A stretch of DNA of 64,000 nucleotides from an uncultured Gammaproteobacteria bacterium (GTDB lineage Bacteria > Patescibacteriota > Patescibacteriia > Patescibacteriales > UBA12465). Below the pieces are notes generated by a model. It was given only the letters and a program-made list of their open reading frames with translations. It had not been told where the DNA came from and searched no databases. The first letter of the stretch is position 1, and each line of letters begins with the position of its first letter. Both the position numbers and the translations under genes were made by a program. Where the stretch lies: the NCBI GenBank assembly GCA_964639785.1, contig CAZXEE010000003.1:21384-85383 (forward strand). Direction: 5' to 3'. This document shows positions 17,271 to 25,859 of this stretch, piece by piece.

Positions 17271-17342
17271 TGCCCCGGGTCAGAATTGAACTGACGACAC
17301 AAGGATTTTCAATCCTTTGCTCTACCACTGAGCTACCGAGGC
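17271..17342 (-). tRNA. tRNA-Phe (anticodon GAA)
   Basis: The reverse complement reads GCCTCGG-TA-GCTC-AGTGGTA-GAGC..AAGGA-TTGAAAA-TCCTT..GTCAG-TTCAATT-CTGAC-CCGGGGC-A. Confidence 0.9.
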
Positions 17343-17352
17343 TTTAGATATG

Positions 17353-17425
17353 TTGCGGGGGTCGGATTCGAACCGACGACCTCCGGGTTATGGGCCCGGC
17401 GAGCTGCCAACTGCTCTACCCCGCG
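17353..17425 (-). tRNA. Initiator tRNA-fMet (anticodon CAT)
   Basis: The reverse complement reads CGCGGGG..CCGGG-CCCATAA-CCCGG..GTCGG-TTCGAAT-CCGAC-CCCCGCA-A. It has the C1:A72 mismatch and three G:C pairs closing the anticodon stem, which are the bacterial initiator hallmarks. Confidence 0.85.
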
Positions 17426-17431
17426 ATAAAG

Positions 17432-17505
17432 TGGGCAATGGAGGATTCGAACCTCCGACCTCAACATTATCAGTGTTGCGCTCTAACCAACTGAGCTAAT
17501 TGCCC
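17432..17505 (-). tRNA. tRNA-Ile (anticodon GAT)
   Basis: The reverse complement reads GGGCAAT-TA-GCTC-AGTTGGTTA-GAGC-G-CAACA-CTGATAA-TGTTG..GGAGG-TTCGAAT-CCTCC-ATTGCCC-A. Confidence 0.9.
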
Positions 17506-17510
17506 TTTGT

Positions 17511-17540
17511 GATAAAAAAATAGGAGAGCTTAAGAGCTCT
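17511..17540 (-). terminator. Hairpin plus T-run after the holA-like gene, abutting tRNA-Ile
   Basis: The stem AGAGCT 17525-17530 / AGCTCT 17535-17540 is followed on the - strand by CCTATTTTTTT. It lies only about 6 nt before the tRNA-Ile 5' end. Confidence 0.45.
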
Positions 17541-17591
17541 TAAATAATATATAATAATCAAAATAAAAAAGCAATAGTTTTTAGACCAGGT

Positions 17592-18602
17592 TCAGATCTT
17601 GGCAATCAGTAGATTCAGCCCGGTCTTGAAATCGGTCTGTCCAGTCTTATTCAGGTAATCCAAATGGGTCAGATTATTGATAATCATCTTTAATTGCTGG
17701 CTATCGAAACGTCTAGCTTGCTCGGCGCTTTTTTGGGCGACGTAAGGGTGTAGACCCAATGATGGTCCGACTTTGTTGGGGTTTTCTCCGTTATCTATAA
17801 TAACTTTTAATTGCAGGATTAGCTTGAACTGCCTAAGTAACATCGCTAACAGATATTCATCGGTGGCATCCAGGCGATATTGGTCTTCCAAGATTTTTAA
17901 GGCTAAGGATTTATTTTTATTTCCTAGGGCGTCGGTTAGAGCAAAGATATTGTCGTCGGTGGCCGGGGTACAGATTTTTTCAACGTCGGAAACGGTAATT
18001 TCTCCGATCGTTTTGTAATTAGTCAGCTTCTCGATTTCATTATTAATCTGCCACAGATTATTATTGTTATTCTTAACTAATTCGGAAATGGCTTCCGGTT
18101 TGATGGTGGCACCTCTTTTAGCTACTTCTGTTTTTATCCAAGCGGTTAATTCTGAAGCATTGAAGGCTTTGAATTCTTGGACGAATTTTTGTTGGGTTAG
18201 AAATTCGAATAATTTTTTTTCTTTGGCATTCAATGGGCTATCTTTTTCTCCGTTAGGGCTAGCTTTGACAGCTTTGCTTTTCTGATTCTTGATGCGAGGT
18301 TCATAGATGATCAAGATGTCGTCGCCTTTGTCCAGATTATTATTTTGCAGGTAGCTTAAAAGCTCTTCCAAAAAAGCTGTCTTTTTGTTGGAGAAAATGT
18401 TTTCGATTAAGGTTAATCTTTTCTTGGTGAAGAGCGATCCGGTACTGACAGCTTCGCTGACCTTGTCTAAGTCAATTGAGGTGCCGTCGAGCACGTTGAA
18501 GCTATGCTCATTCGGGTCTACTTCCTGAAAGAATTTTTTCTTGATCTCATTTATTTTTTGTCTGGCTTTGAAGTCATTGTCGCCGTAGAGGAAAATGATC
18601 AT
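17592..18602 (-). CDS. holA: DNA polymerase III delta subunit (HolA-like)
   Basis: The 336-aa protein has an N-terminus MIIFLYGDNDFKARQKINEIKKKF and a helical C-terminal half typical of clamp-loader delta. The call rests on overall resemblance only. Confidence 0.6.
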   Translation of the reverse strand: MIIFLYGDNDFKARQKINEIKKKFFQEVDPNEHSFNVLDGTSIDLDKVSEAVSTGSLFTKKRLTLIENIFSNKKTAFLEELLSYLQNNNLDKGDDILIIYEPRIKNQKSKAVKASPNGEKDSPLNAKEKKLFEFLTQQKFVQEFKAFNASELTAWIKTEVAKRGATIKPEAISELVKNNNNNLWQINNEIEKLTNYKTIGEITVSDVEKICTPATDDNIFALTDALGNKNKSLALKILEDQYRLDATDEYLLAMLLRQFKLILQLKVIIDNGENPNKVGPSLGLHPYVAQKSAEQARRFDSQQLKMIINNLTHLDYLNKTGQTDFKTGLNLLIAKI

Positions 18603-18603
18603 A

Positions 18604-19428
18604 TTATAGTTCAGCTTTTTCGATCTGTTTTATTTTTTGTCCGAGAAATTTTTCTCCTAGTTTTTTAAACTGTTCAATGTTGTCTGTAGTATAGAATCTG
18701 ATGGTCGGTTTTTTCTCGGTCTTGATGTTTAGTTCAGGATGGCGTTTCAGATAATCTTCTAAGCTGCGGGCGATTATTTCTCCGGTGTTCGGGATGAAGC
18801 ACTTCGGCCCCATGATTTTCTTAGCTTCTTTCAAAAGAAAAGGATAATGGGTGCAACCCAAGATCAAGGCGTCCAGATTCTTTTCTTTGAGCGGTTTTAG
18901 ATAAGACTTCAGGATGTTCTTAGTTTCCGGTTTGTGGGCCCAACCCTCTTCTATCAAAGGAACTAAAAGAGGCGCGCTGATCTGATAGACTTTTATCTTC
19001 GGATTTAATTTTTTTATTTCAGTTTTGTAAACATTGGAATTGATGGTCGCTTTAGTTCCGATAATTCCAACTTTGTTTAATCTGCCCGTTTTGCTGGCAG
19101 CTTCGGCTAGCGGCCGGATAACTCCTAATACTTTCTTGCCGGGATATCTTTGGGGCAGATATTCTTGTTGGATTTTCCTTAGAGCTTCAGCGGAAGCGGT
19201 GTTGCAGGCGATGATAATCAGGTTAGCGCCTTTGTCAAAAAGGAAATCTATCGCTTCCTTGGTATATTCATAGATAACTTCCCGGGACTTGCCGCCATAG
19301 GGAACGCGAGCATTATCCCCTAGGTAGATGTAATTGAATCCCGGTAGTCTTTTTATGAAGTGCTTGAAAACGCTTAGTCCGCCTAAGCCGGAATCGAAGA
19401 CTCCGATGATATTCTTATTTGTTGGCAT
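18604..19428 (-). CDS. murI: Glutamate racemase
   Basis: The motifs IGVFDSGLGGLSV, IIACNTASA and LGCTHYP are present. The start is taken at MPTNKNIIGVFD (19428), which overlaps the murD stop by 14 nt. Confidence 0.9.
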   Translation of the reverse strand: MPTNKNIIGVFDSGLGGLSVFKHFIKRLPGFNYIYLGDNARVPYGGKSREVIYEYTKEAIDFLFDKGANLIIIACNTASAEALRKIQQEYLPQRYPGKKVLGVIRPLAEAASKTGRLNKVGIIGTKATINSNVYKTEIKKLNPKIKVYQISAPLLVPLIEEGWAHKPETKNILKSYLKPLKEKNLDALILGCTHYPFLLKEAKKIMGPKCFIPNTGEIIARSLEDYLKRHPELNIKTEKKPTIRFYTTDNIEQFKKLGEKFLGQKIKQIEKAEL

Positions 19429-20749
19429 AGTATTTAAATAGGTTTCCTCTTTCTTTATAATTTTTGAATAAGCCGAAGCTGGCGCAAGCTGTCGATAACA
19501 GGACGATGTCACCTTTTTGGGCGGCCTCTTTGGCTTTGTCGATGGCTTCTTCCATGCTGTGGACTACAACCATATTCTTAGTGCCGTATTTTATTTTAAT
19601 CAGCTCATTTCGGATTCTCTTGGTTCCGGTGCCGTCAAGCAGGATGCTTAGTTTGACTTTCTTCTTTATCATAGCGGCCAAAGGTTTGAAGTTGGCGCCT
19701 TTATCAGCTCCGCCCACTAGTAATATAATCGGCTCTTTAAAAGATTGCAAATCCATCAGAGTGCTTTCAGGCGTGGTCGCAAAGCTGTTGTCATAATAGA
19801 TGACGCCATTCTTATTGGTGACGAATTCTAGGCGATGTTCCAAGCCCTGGAAAGCAGCTACGGTTCTTTTAATGGTATCATTTCCGATCTTTAAAGTTTT
19901 GGCTAGGGTGATAGCAGCGGCAATATTTTCTTGGTTATAATTTCCCACTAAACGGCTTTTCATCTTAGAGCTAGTGAAATAGATCTTTTTTCCTTGGCCG
20001 GTATATTTCTTATAGGTAGTGAATAATTTTTGGAATTTCTTGTTGATAAAAAGATAACCGGAGCGATCCTGATGTTGAGCCAGGTTGAGCTTGGCTAAGA
20101 TGTAGGATCGGAAGCTGCGATGGTAATTCGGATTCAGAGGATCGGCCGGAGCCAGGTGTTCTTTGTATATATTGGTGATGATGGAATATTTCGGGCTGGA
20201 TTTTAAGTCTTCCAATTGGAAACTGGACAATTCCAAAACCACCCAATCGTTATTTTTTATCTTTGGCAAGAAATCAAACGGAGCGATGCCGATATTTCCT
20301 CCCAAGAAGACTTTTCGATTGTCGGCTTTGAGGATTCGGCAGACTAAGCTAGAAGTGGTTCCTTTGCCTTTGGTTCCGGAAACGCCGATGATATTCTTAG
20401 TCGGGCAAAGATCGAAGAATAGGTTCATGGCGCTGCTTAATTCGGTTTCGTGCTTTAAGGCTTCTTGGATGCCAGGACAAAGGATCGGCCAGCCGGGAGA
20501 ACGGAACAAGATATCGAACTCATATAGTTTTTGGTTGAACTTTTCTCTCAAGCGCCATTTGATTTGCTTGTATTTTTTGAAATCATTATATCTGTCCCCT
20601 AATTCCTTGACGGAGCGGGAGTCGCAGATGGTGATAGGGTTGTTAATCTTCTGTTTGAGGAGATATTTTAATAAGGCTTGGTTTTCTATTCCGAGCCCCA
20701 AGATGGCAATTTTTTTACCAGTTAATTCTTTTTTAATATTCATTGACAT
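19415..20749 (-). CDS. murD: UDP-N-acetylmuramoyl-L-alanine--D-glutamate ligase
   Basis: The motifs GLGIENQALLKYL, VSGTKGKGTTSSL and the Mur-ligase C-terminal domain are present. Confidence 0.9.
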   Translation of the reverse strand: MSMNIKKELTGKKIAILGLGIENQALLKYLLKQKINNPITICDSRSVKELGDRYNDFKKYKQIKWRLREKFNQKLYEFDILFRSPGWPILCPGIQEALKHETELSSAMNLFFDLCPTKNIIGVSGTKGKGTTSSLVCRILKADNRKVFLGGNIGIAPFDFLPKIKNNDWVVLELSSFQLEDLKSSPKYSIITNIYKEHLAPADPLNPNYHRSFRSYILAKLNLAQHQDRSGYLFINKKFQKLFTTYKKYTGQGKKIYFTSSKMKSRLVGNYNQENIAAAITLAKTLKIGNDTIKRTVAAFQGLEHRLEFVTNKNGVIYYDNSFATTPESTLMDLQSFKEPIILLVGGADKGANFKPLAAMIKKKVKLSILLDGTGTKRIRNELIKIKYGTKNMVVVHSMEEAIDKAKEAAQKGDIVLLSTACASFGLFKNYKERGNLFKYYANK

Positions 20750-20828
20750 ATCCTATAGTTTGTGATTAAGTATGAGTAATAAATCAATTAATTGATCTTT
20801 TAAATTTATAGCCAGAAAGGAGGCCTAA

Positions 20829-21419
20829 ATGCTGTTAATTTCCGTTTTCTTCGTCTTTTTGGTGATTCTATTCCTGCTGTCCCCGCTTTTAATAAAGTTA
20901 AGGTGGATGACGGGTTTTCAGAAGGATAGGCTCAAAATTATATTATTTTGCCAGTTTCCTTTAGAATTACTTATCTTCTTCTCTGTTCTAATTCCAATCG
21001 CTTTGGTCTATCTGACTGCTTATTTAATCCTCGGCGATTTGAAATCAATGACCGAAGCTGATTTACCGGCTTTGACTATTCATTTTCCTGAGGGTTGGAT
21101 GGATTTAGGATTAGATAATCTGGGGCTGGAATATTCTTTGTCGGGTTGGTGGAATATCTTATTCTTAGCTGCCTGGCTGAATTTGATGCGGTATCTTTAT
21201 AAGATGATTTATCGTTTTAAATTTCCTTATTCCGGTTTGGATTATTCCGCTTATTCTCTATTGCTGATGTTGTCGGCCGTCATGATCTATTTTTCTGTGG
21301 TTGGCGGAGCTCCCTTCTATGGTTTGGTGTATAGCATCATCTCTCTGGCTGCTTACACTTTGACTCATGGATTGGTCTGTTTGTTAATCTGGTTCTTAGG
21401 TGCTGAAAAAAAATCTTGA
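20829..21419 (+). CDS. Polytopic membrane protein of unknown function
   Basis: A strong RBS (AAAGGAGG at 20816-20823) sits 5 nt before the ATG. The 196-aa protein has about six hydrophobic segments. Confidence 0.6.
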   Translation: MLLISVFFVFLVILFLLSPLLIKLRWMTGFQKDRLKIILFCQFPLELLIFFSVLIPIALVYLTAYLILGDLKSMTEADLPALTIHFPEGWMDLGLDNLGLEYSLSGWWNILFLAAWLNLMRYLYKMIYRFKFPYSGLDYSAYSLLLMLSAVMIYFSVVGGAPFYGLVYSIISLAAYTLTHGLVCLLIWFLGAEKKS

Positions 21420-21452
21420 AAGATGGTTTGTTCAATTACGAACCATCTTTTT

Positions 21453-24200
21453 TTATTTCATCTCACCCCAATTATTTCCTATCTTAGCATCAGCGATTAT
21501 CGGAACTTTCAATTTGATGATATTTTCCATGATGGATTTTATCCGGCCTAAATATTTATCAACGCTGTCTTCTTTCATTTCAAAAATCAATTCATCGTGG
21601 ACTTGCAAAATCATCTTGATATCATCCTGGCCTTCGATTAATTTTTGGATGTCGATCATGGCCAGCTTGATCATGTCAGCGGCTGTTCCCTGGAAGGGCA
21701 TATTGATTGCCATGCGTTCAGCGCTCTTCTGGATCATGACGATATTGGAATTTATTTCTGGCAAGTTGCGGCGGCGGCCCAAGAGAGTTTCGACGTATTC
21801 ATGTTTTTTGGCGAACTCCAGATTGTGGGCGATATATTTTTTGATGCCGGAGTAGGTGGCAAAATATTTGGCGATGAATTCTTGCGCTTTCTGATATGAG
21901 ATGCCAGCGCCTTGGCTCAGTCCATGCGGGCCTTGTCCGTATATGACGCCGAAGTTTACCGCTTTAGCTTCACTTCTCATCTTAGGAGTCACCTCTTCTA
22001 ATTTCACTTCGTTGATAGCAGCGGCGGTAATGGTGTGGATATCTTCGCCATTAGCAAAAGCTTCCAACATCCGTTTGTCGGAGGACATGTGAGCTACCAA
22101 GCGCAGTTCTATCTGGGAGTAGTCTAAACTGGCTAAAACATAGCCTTTTTCAGCTACAAAAGCCTGGCGGATCTTTTTGCCTAGAGGGGTCTTGGTCGGG
22201 ATATTCTGTAGGTTTGGATCGGTCGATGACAGGCGGCCGGTAACGGTGATTGTTTGGTTGAAGCTGGTATGGAGACGTTTGGTTTTTGGATTAACTAGCT
22301 CTGGCAGAGCTTCAATGTAGGTGCTGAGCAGCTTGGTCAACTCTCGGTAGTCTTGGATTAGCGGGATAATCGGGTGAGCGTCTTTCAGTTTTTCTAATTG
22401 GTCGGCAGCGGTCGATAGTCCGGTTTTAGTTTTCTTGATGCCCTTGGTATCGACGGCCAGTTTTTCAAAAATTATTTCTTTTAATTGCTTGGTGGATTTG
22501 ATGTTGAATTTTTCTCCGGCCAGTTCATATATATTTTTTTCTATCTTGGCGGTTTCTGTCTTCAATTCTTTAGACATCCCGCTTAATATTTTTTTATCCA
22601 ATAAGATACCGTTGTCTTCCATTTGGGCTAGGACCGGGATGAGAGGAACTTCGATATCTTGGAAAAGGTTCCAGAGCTTTTCGGATTTCAATCTTTTTTC
22701 GAAGATCGGAACCAGGCGGAAAGTGAAGTCAGCGTCTTCGCTGGAATAGACGGCCATCTTTTTTGTCGGGACATTGGCGAAGTCAGCGGCGGTGAATTTT
22801 TCTCCCAACAGATCTTTGTGGCTGATCTTTTCAAAGCTTAGCTCAGAAAAAGTTATGGCATCTAAATTGTGTTGGCGGTTTTCCGGATTCAATAAGTATG
22901 AAGCGATCATGGTATCAAAATATATTCCGGAAACTTTTACTCCCTGATTTTTCAGGATCCGTAAATCGAATTTTATATTATGGCCGCATTTTTTTATCTT
23001 TGGATCTTCTAATATCGGAGCCAGTTTTTCTAACCAAGATTTATCCTGTCGGTTAAGGTTTAGGTAATAGGCTTCGCCTTTCTTGAAGGCAAATGATATT
23101 CCAAGAAGGTTGGCGTTGAGCGGATCGAGCGAATCAGTTTCGGTATCTAGGGAAAATATTTTCTGGAAGCTTAATATCTTTAAGAAGGATTTGAAACTAG
23201 CCTCATCATCGATGAGTTGGTATTTGAATTCTCTTTCGTCTCGGGCGAATTTATCTGAGATGGTAAAAAGATTCAGGCTTTCTTGTTTCTGATCTTTGGC
23301 TGGAGAGAGATAGGCATCCAAGTTATTCAAGCGGGAAACTAGCGATTTAAATTCTAGCTCGCTAAAAAGGGAGATAATTTTCTCTTTGTCCAGTTTTTGG
23401 CAGCGAGATTTCTCTAAATCGAACTTAATCGGGGCATTTCGCTCGATTGTAGCTAGTTTTTGGCTAAGGTAAGCTTCTTTTTTGTGTTCTTTGAGCAGTT
23501 CTATAATCCGTGGTTTGATTTTTTTGTCACTTCTGTCCACTGCATCGTAGACTTTGTCCAGGGTCTTGAAGTTGTTAAGTAATTCTGAGGCGGTTTTTTC
23601 GCCGATTCCTTTAACTCCTGGAATATTATCGCTCGGATCTCCTCGCAGAGCCTTATAATCAATCATTTGTCCTGGTTGGAGGCCATAGCGCTCTTCCACT
23701 TCTTTGGCTCCATATAGGACACTATCGGTAATGCCGCGGCTCATGGTATAGACCTGGGTATAGTTATCGATTAGCTGGAGAGTATCCATATCGCCGGTCA
23801 TGATGATTTTCTTGATGCCGGAATCGACTTGGCGGGAAATGGTTCCGATTAGGTCATCGGCCTCAAACCCGGATAGTTCATAAATCGGAATATCAAAGGA
23901 TTCGGCCACTTTTTTCACTAAAGGAATCTGTTCATATAGTTCATCTGGAGCTTTGACTCGCTGGGCTTTGTATTCCTTATATTCTAAATGTCGAAAAGTC
24001 GCTTCTTTTTTATCTAACGTTAGCACAATATAATCCGGTTTGAGATCGGATATTGCTTTTATCAGGAAAGTACAGAAGCCATAGACAGCATTAACCACCT
24101 GGCCAGACTTGGTAGTCATGGTTGGTGGAAGGGCATGAAAACTGCGGTGGATGATAGCGTTTCCGTCGATAATGATTAGTTTTTGGTTTGTCTTTGCCAT
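21453..24200 (-). CDS. polA: DNA polymerase I (5'-3' exonuclease, 3'-5' exonuclease and polymerase domains)
   Basis: The 915-aa protein carries the 5' nuclease GNAIIHRSFHA, the Exo I motif SLDTETDSLD, and polymerase motifs DYSQIELR, RSEAKAVNFGVIYG and QVHDELIFE. Confidence 0.95.
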   Translation of the reverse strand: MAKTNQKLIIIDGNAIIHRSFHALPPTMTTKSGQVVNAVYGFCTFLIKAISDLKPDYIVLTLDKKEATFRHLEYKEYKAQRVKAPDELYEQIPLVKKVAESFDIPIYELSGFEADDLIGTISRQVDSGIKKIIMTGDMDTLQLIDNYTQVYTMSRGITDSVLYGAKEVEERYGLQPGQMIDYKALRGDPSDNIPGVKGIGEKTASELLNNFKTLDKVYDAVDRSDKKIKPRIIELLKEHKKEAYLSQKLATIERNAPIKFDLEKSRCQKLDKEKIISLFSELEFKSLVSRLNNLDAYLSPAKDQKQESLNLFTISDKFARDEREFKYQLIDDEASFKSFLKILSFQKIFSLDTETDSLDPLNANLLGISFAFKKGEAYYLNLNRQDKSWLEKLAPILEDPKIKKCGHNIKFDLRILKNQGVKVSGIYFDTMIASYLLNPENRQHNLDAITFSELSFEKISHKDLLGEKFTAADFANVPTKKMAVYSSEDADFTFRLVPIFEKRLKSEKLWNLFQDIEVPLIPVLAQMEDNGILLDKKILSGMSKELKTETAKIEKNIYELAGEKFNIKSTKQLKEIIFEKLAVDTKGIKKTKTGLSTAADQLEKLKDAHPIIPLIQDYRELTKLLSTYIEALPELVNPKTKRLHTSFNQTITVTGRLSSTDPNLQNIPTKTPLGKKIRQAFVAEKGYVLASLDYSQIELRLVAHMSSDKRMLEAFANGEDIHTITAAAINEVKLEEVTPKMRSEAKAVNFGVIYGQGPHGLSQGAGISYQKAQEFIAKYFATYSGIKKYIAHNLEFAKKHEYVETLLGRRRNLPEINSNIVMIQKSAERMAINMPFQGTAADMIKLAMIDIQKLIEGQDDIKMILQVHDELIFEMKEDSVDKYLGRIKSIMENIIKLKVPIIADAKIGNNWGEMK

Positions 24201-24313
24201 GGATATAGTTTATCATTTTTAGAGTAATAATCAAAATGGCATCAGTTGAGAAAAAATACCATAATGTGTTATACTGGGATAGAAATAATTAGTTTAATTA
24301 ATGGAACAAGAAT

Positions 24314-24682
24314 ATGATTAAAAAATTTTTGTGGTTATTTTTATTATTGCCCCTGCTTTTAGCCGGTTGCTCCCAGGTTAATAATAAGGAGTCTCAGGTT
24401 AGTCCGTTGGAAAACAAGACTATCCTTTTCTATGGCGATACCTGTCCTCATTGCAAGGTGTTGGAACAGTTCTTGGTTGATAATAAGATCAATGAACGGA
24501 TGACTATTGAAAAGAGAGAGGTCTATAATGATGCTGACAATGCTAAGCTGATGATGGATGCAGTTAATCGTTGCGCCTTATCGGAAGATAATGTCGGCGT
24601 TCCTTTCTTGTGGACTGAGGGCAAATGTTATATGGGTGGTGACGCTACTAGCTTTTTGAAAGTGAAATTTAATATCGATTAA
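24314..24682 (+). CDS. Thioredoxin-fold lipoprotein with a DsbA-type CPHC active site
   Basis: It has a signal peptide with lipobox LLAGC and the motif ILFYGDTCPHCKVLEQFL. Confidence 0.7.
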   Translation: MIKKFLWLFLLLPLLLAGCSQVNNKESQVSPLENKTILFYGDTCPHCKVLEQFLVDNKINERMTIEKREVYNDADNAKLMMDAVNRCALSEDNVGVPFLWTEGKCYMGGDATSFLKVKFNID

Positions 24683-24685
24683 ATT

Positions 24686-25192
24686 ATGAATAAGATAAAA
24701 ATATTTTCCGGATTGTTGTTATTGAATTTTTTGTTGATGTCTTCGGCCTCGGCTTTCTGTCCAGTCTGCGTCGTAGCGGCCGGTGCTGGTTTAGGTTTTT
24801 CTCGCTGGTTAGGAATCGATGATACTATCACCAGCTTATGGATCGGCGGACTATTAGTGGCCGTTTCAGCCTGGACTATCGATTGGTTGAAACGGAAGAA
24901 GATTAATTTTAAAGGCTTGAACTTTATTACCTATTTAGCTTATTATTCTATGGTTTTAATCCCTTTCTATACTACCGGATTCATCGGTCATCCTTTTAAC
25001 CGGTTATGGAATATTGATAAGATCTTTTTGGGTATTATGGTTGGCAGTATCGTTTTTTATTTCGTTGGCGACTGGTATCAATATCTAAAAAAGAAGAATA
25101 ATGGACACGCTTATTTTCCTTTCCAAAAAGTCGTTATGCCGCTCGGGTCTTTATTGATCTTGAGTTTCGCCTTTTATTTTATCACCAAATAA
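24686..25192 (+). CDS. Four-helix membrane protein with an N-terminal extracytoplasmic CPVC
   Basis: A signal-like N-terminus ends in SSASA/FCPVC, and these are the only two Cys in the protein. It starts 4 nt after the CPHC lipoprotein gene. Confidence 0.6.
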   Translation: MNKIKIFSGLLLLNFLLMSSASAFCPVCVVAAGAGLGFSRWLGIDDTITSLWIGGLLVAVSAWTIDWLKRKKINFKGLNFITYLAYYSMVLIPFYTTGFIGHPFNRLWNIDKIFLGIMVGSIVFYFVGDWYQYLKKKNNGHAYFPFQKVVMPLGSLLILSFAFYFITK

Positions 25193-25204
25193 TAAATCAA
25201 ACAT

Positions 25205-25735
25205 ATGGATATCAATCAAAAAGAATTGCAGAGCTTCATTGATAAGATGGACAACCTGAAGAAGGATAATAAGCTGGACTTGTCTTCTGACCAGGATTTG
25301 AGCATTGCGGTCATGAACCTGATCAGCATCGAAGAACATTTTTTCTTTTCCGGAGCTAAGACCGGCAACACGGATTACTATGACATGATTAAGGATATCA
25401 GGGAGATGAGAAAAGAGCTGATGCAGAAATTGATCAAGGAGTATGAGGGTGAGGTCTGGTGTATCTCTAAGCATCTTTTAGCCGCTTCCATGAGATTGAT
25501 GGAGGTTGGGACCAAGGAGATGGGACGGGGTCGCAAGGAAGATGCTTATGAATTATTTAACAAGGCTTATAACCTCTATTCTTTATTCTGGGGCTTAAAC
25601 ATGAAATTGATCAATACCGGTGATATCAAGAAGATTGATGATGAAGCGCTGGACAAGCACGATCACGAGAAGAAAGGCTTTATGGGAAAGCTGGGTGATT
25701 TAATCAAAAAAGCTATCAACTGTTGCCTAGAATAA
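25205..25735 (+). CDS. Hypothetical helical protein (176 aa)
   Basis: It is the third gene of a tightly spaced trio. No motif was recognised, and it ends ...AINCCLE. Confidence 0.55.
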   Translation: MDINQKELQSFIDKMDNLKKDNKLDLSSDQDLSIAVMNLISIEEHFFFSGAKTGNTDYYDMIKDIREMRKELMQKLIKEYEGEVWCISKHLLAASMRLMEVGTKEMGRGRKEDAYELFNKAYNLYSLFWGLNMKLINTGDIKKIDDEALDKHDHEKKGFMGKLGDLIKKAINCCLE

Positions 25736-25756
25736 TATCATTTTAAACAGATAAGA

Positions 25757-25782
25757 AGCCGCTATATAAGGCGGCTTTTTTG
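25757..25782 (+). terminator. Intrinsic terminator
   Basis: The stem AGCCGC 25757-25762 / GCGGCT 25771-25776 is followed by a T-run. Confidence 0.7.
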
Positions 25783-25811
25783 TTGACAAAAAGTTATTTT
25801 CAGTTTATTAT
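25783..25811 (+). promoter_or_regulatory. Promoter (TTGACA -17- TATTAT) for the HD-domain gene
   Basis: The -35 lies at 25783-25788 and the -10 at 25806-25811, with an exact 17-nt spacer. Confidence 0.55.
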
Positions 25812-25859
25812 TACCAGTTAATTAACTGTTATTTGAAAACTACAAAAAAAGCATAAACA

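Noticed and set aside
20783..20796. A perfect 14-bp palindrome, ATCAATTAATTGAT, lies in the divergent murD/membrane-protein promoter region.
   Set aside because: It is made entirely of A/T-rich sequence in a very AT-rich spacer, where palindromes of this size are expected by chance. No second copy was noticed.
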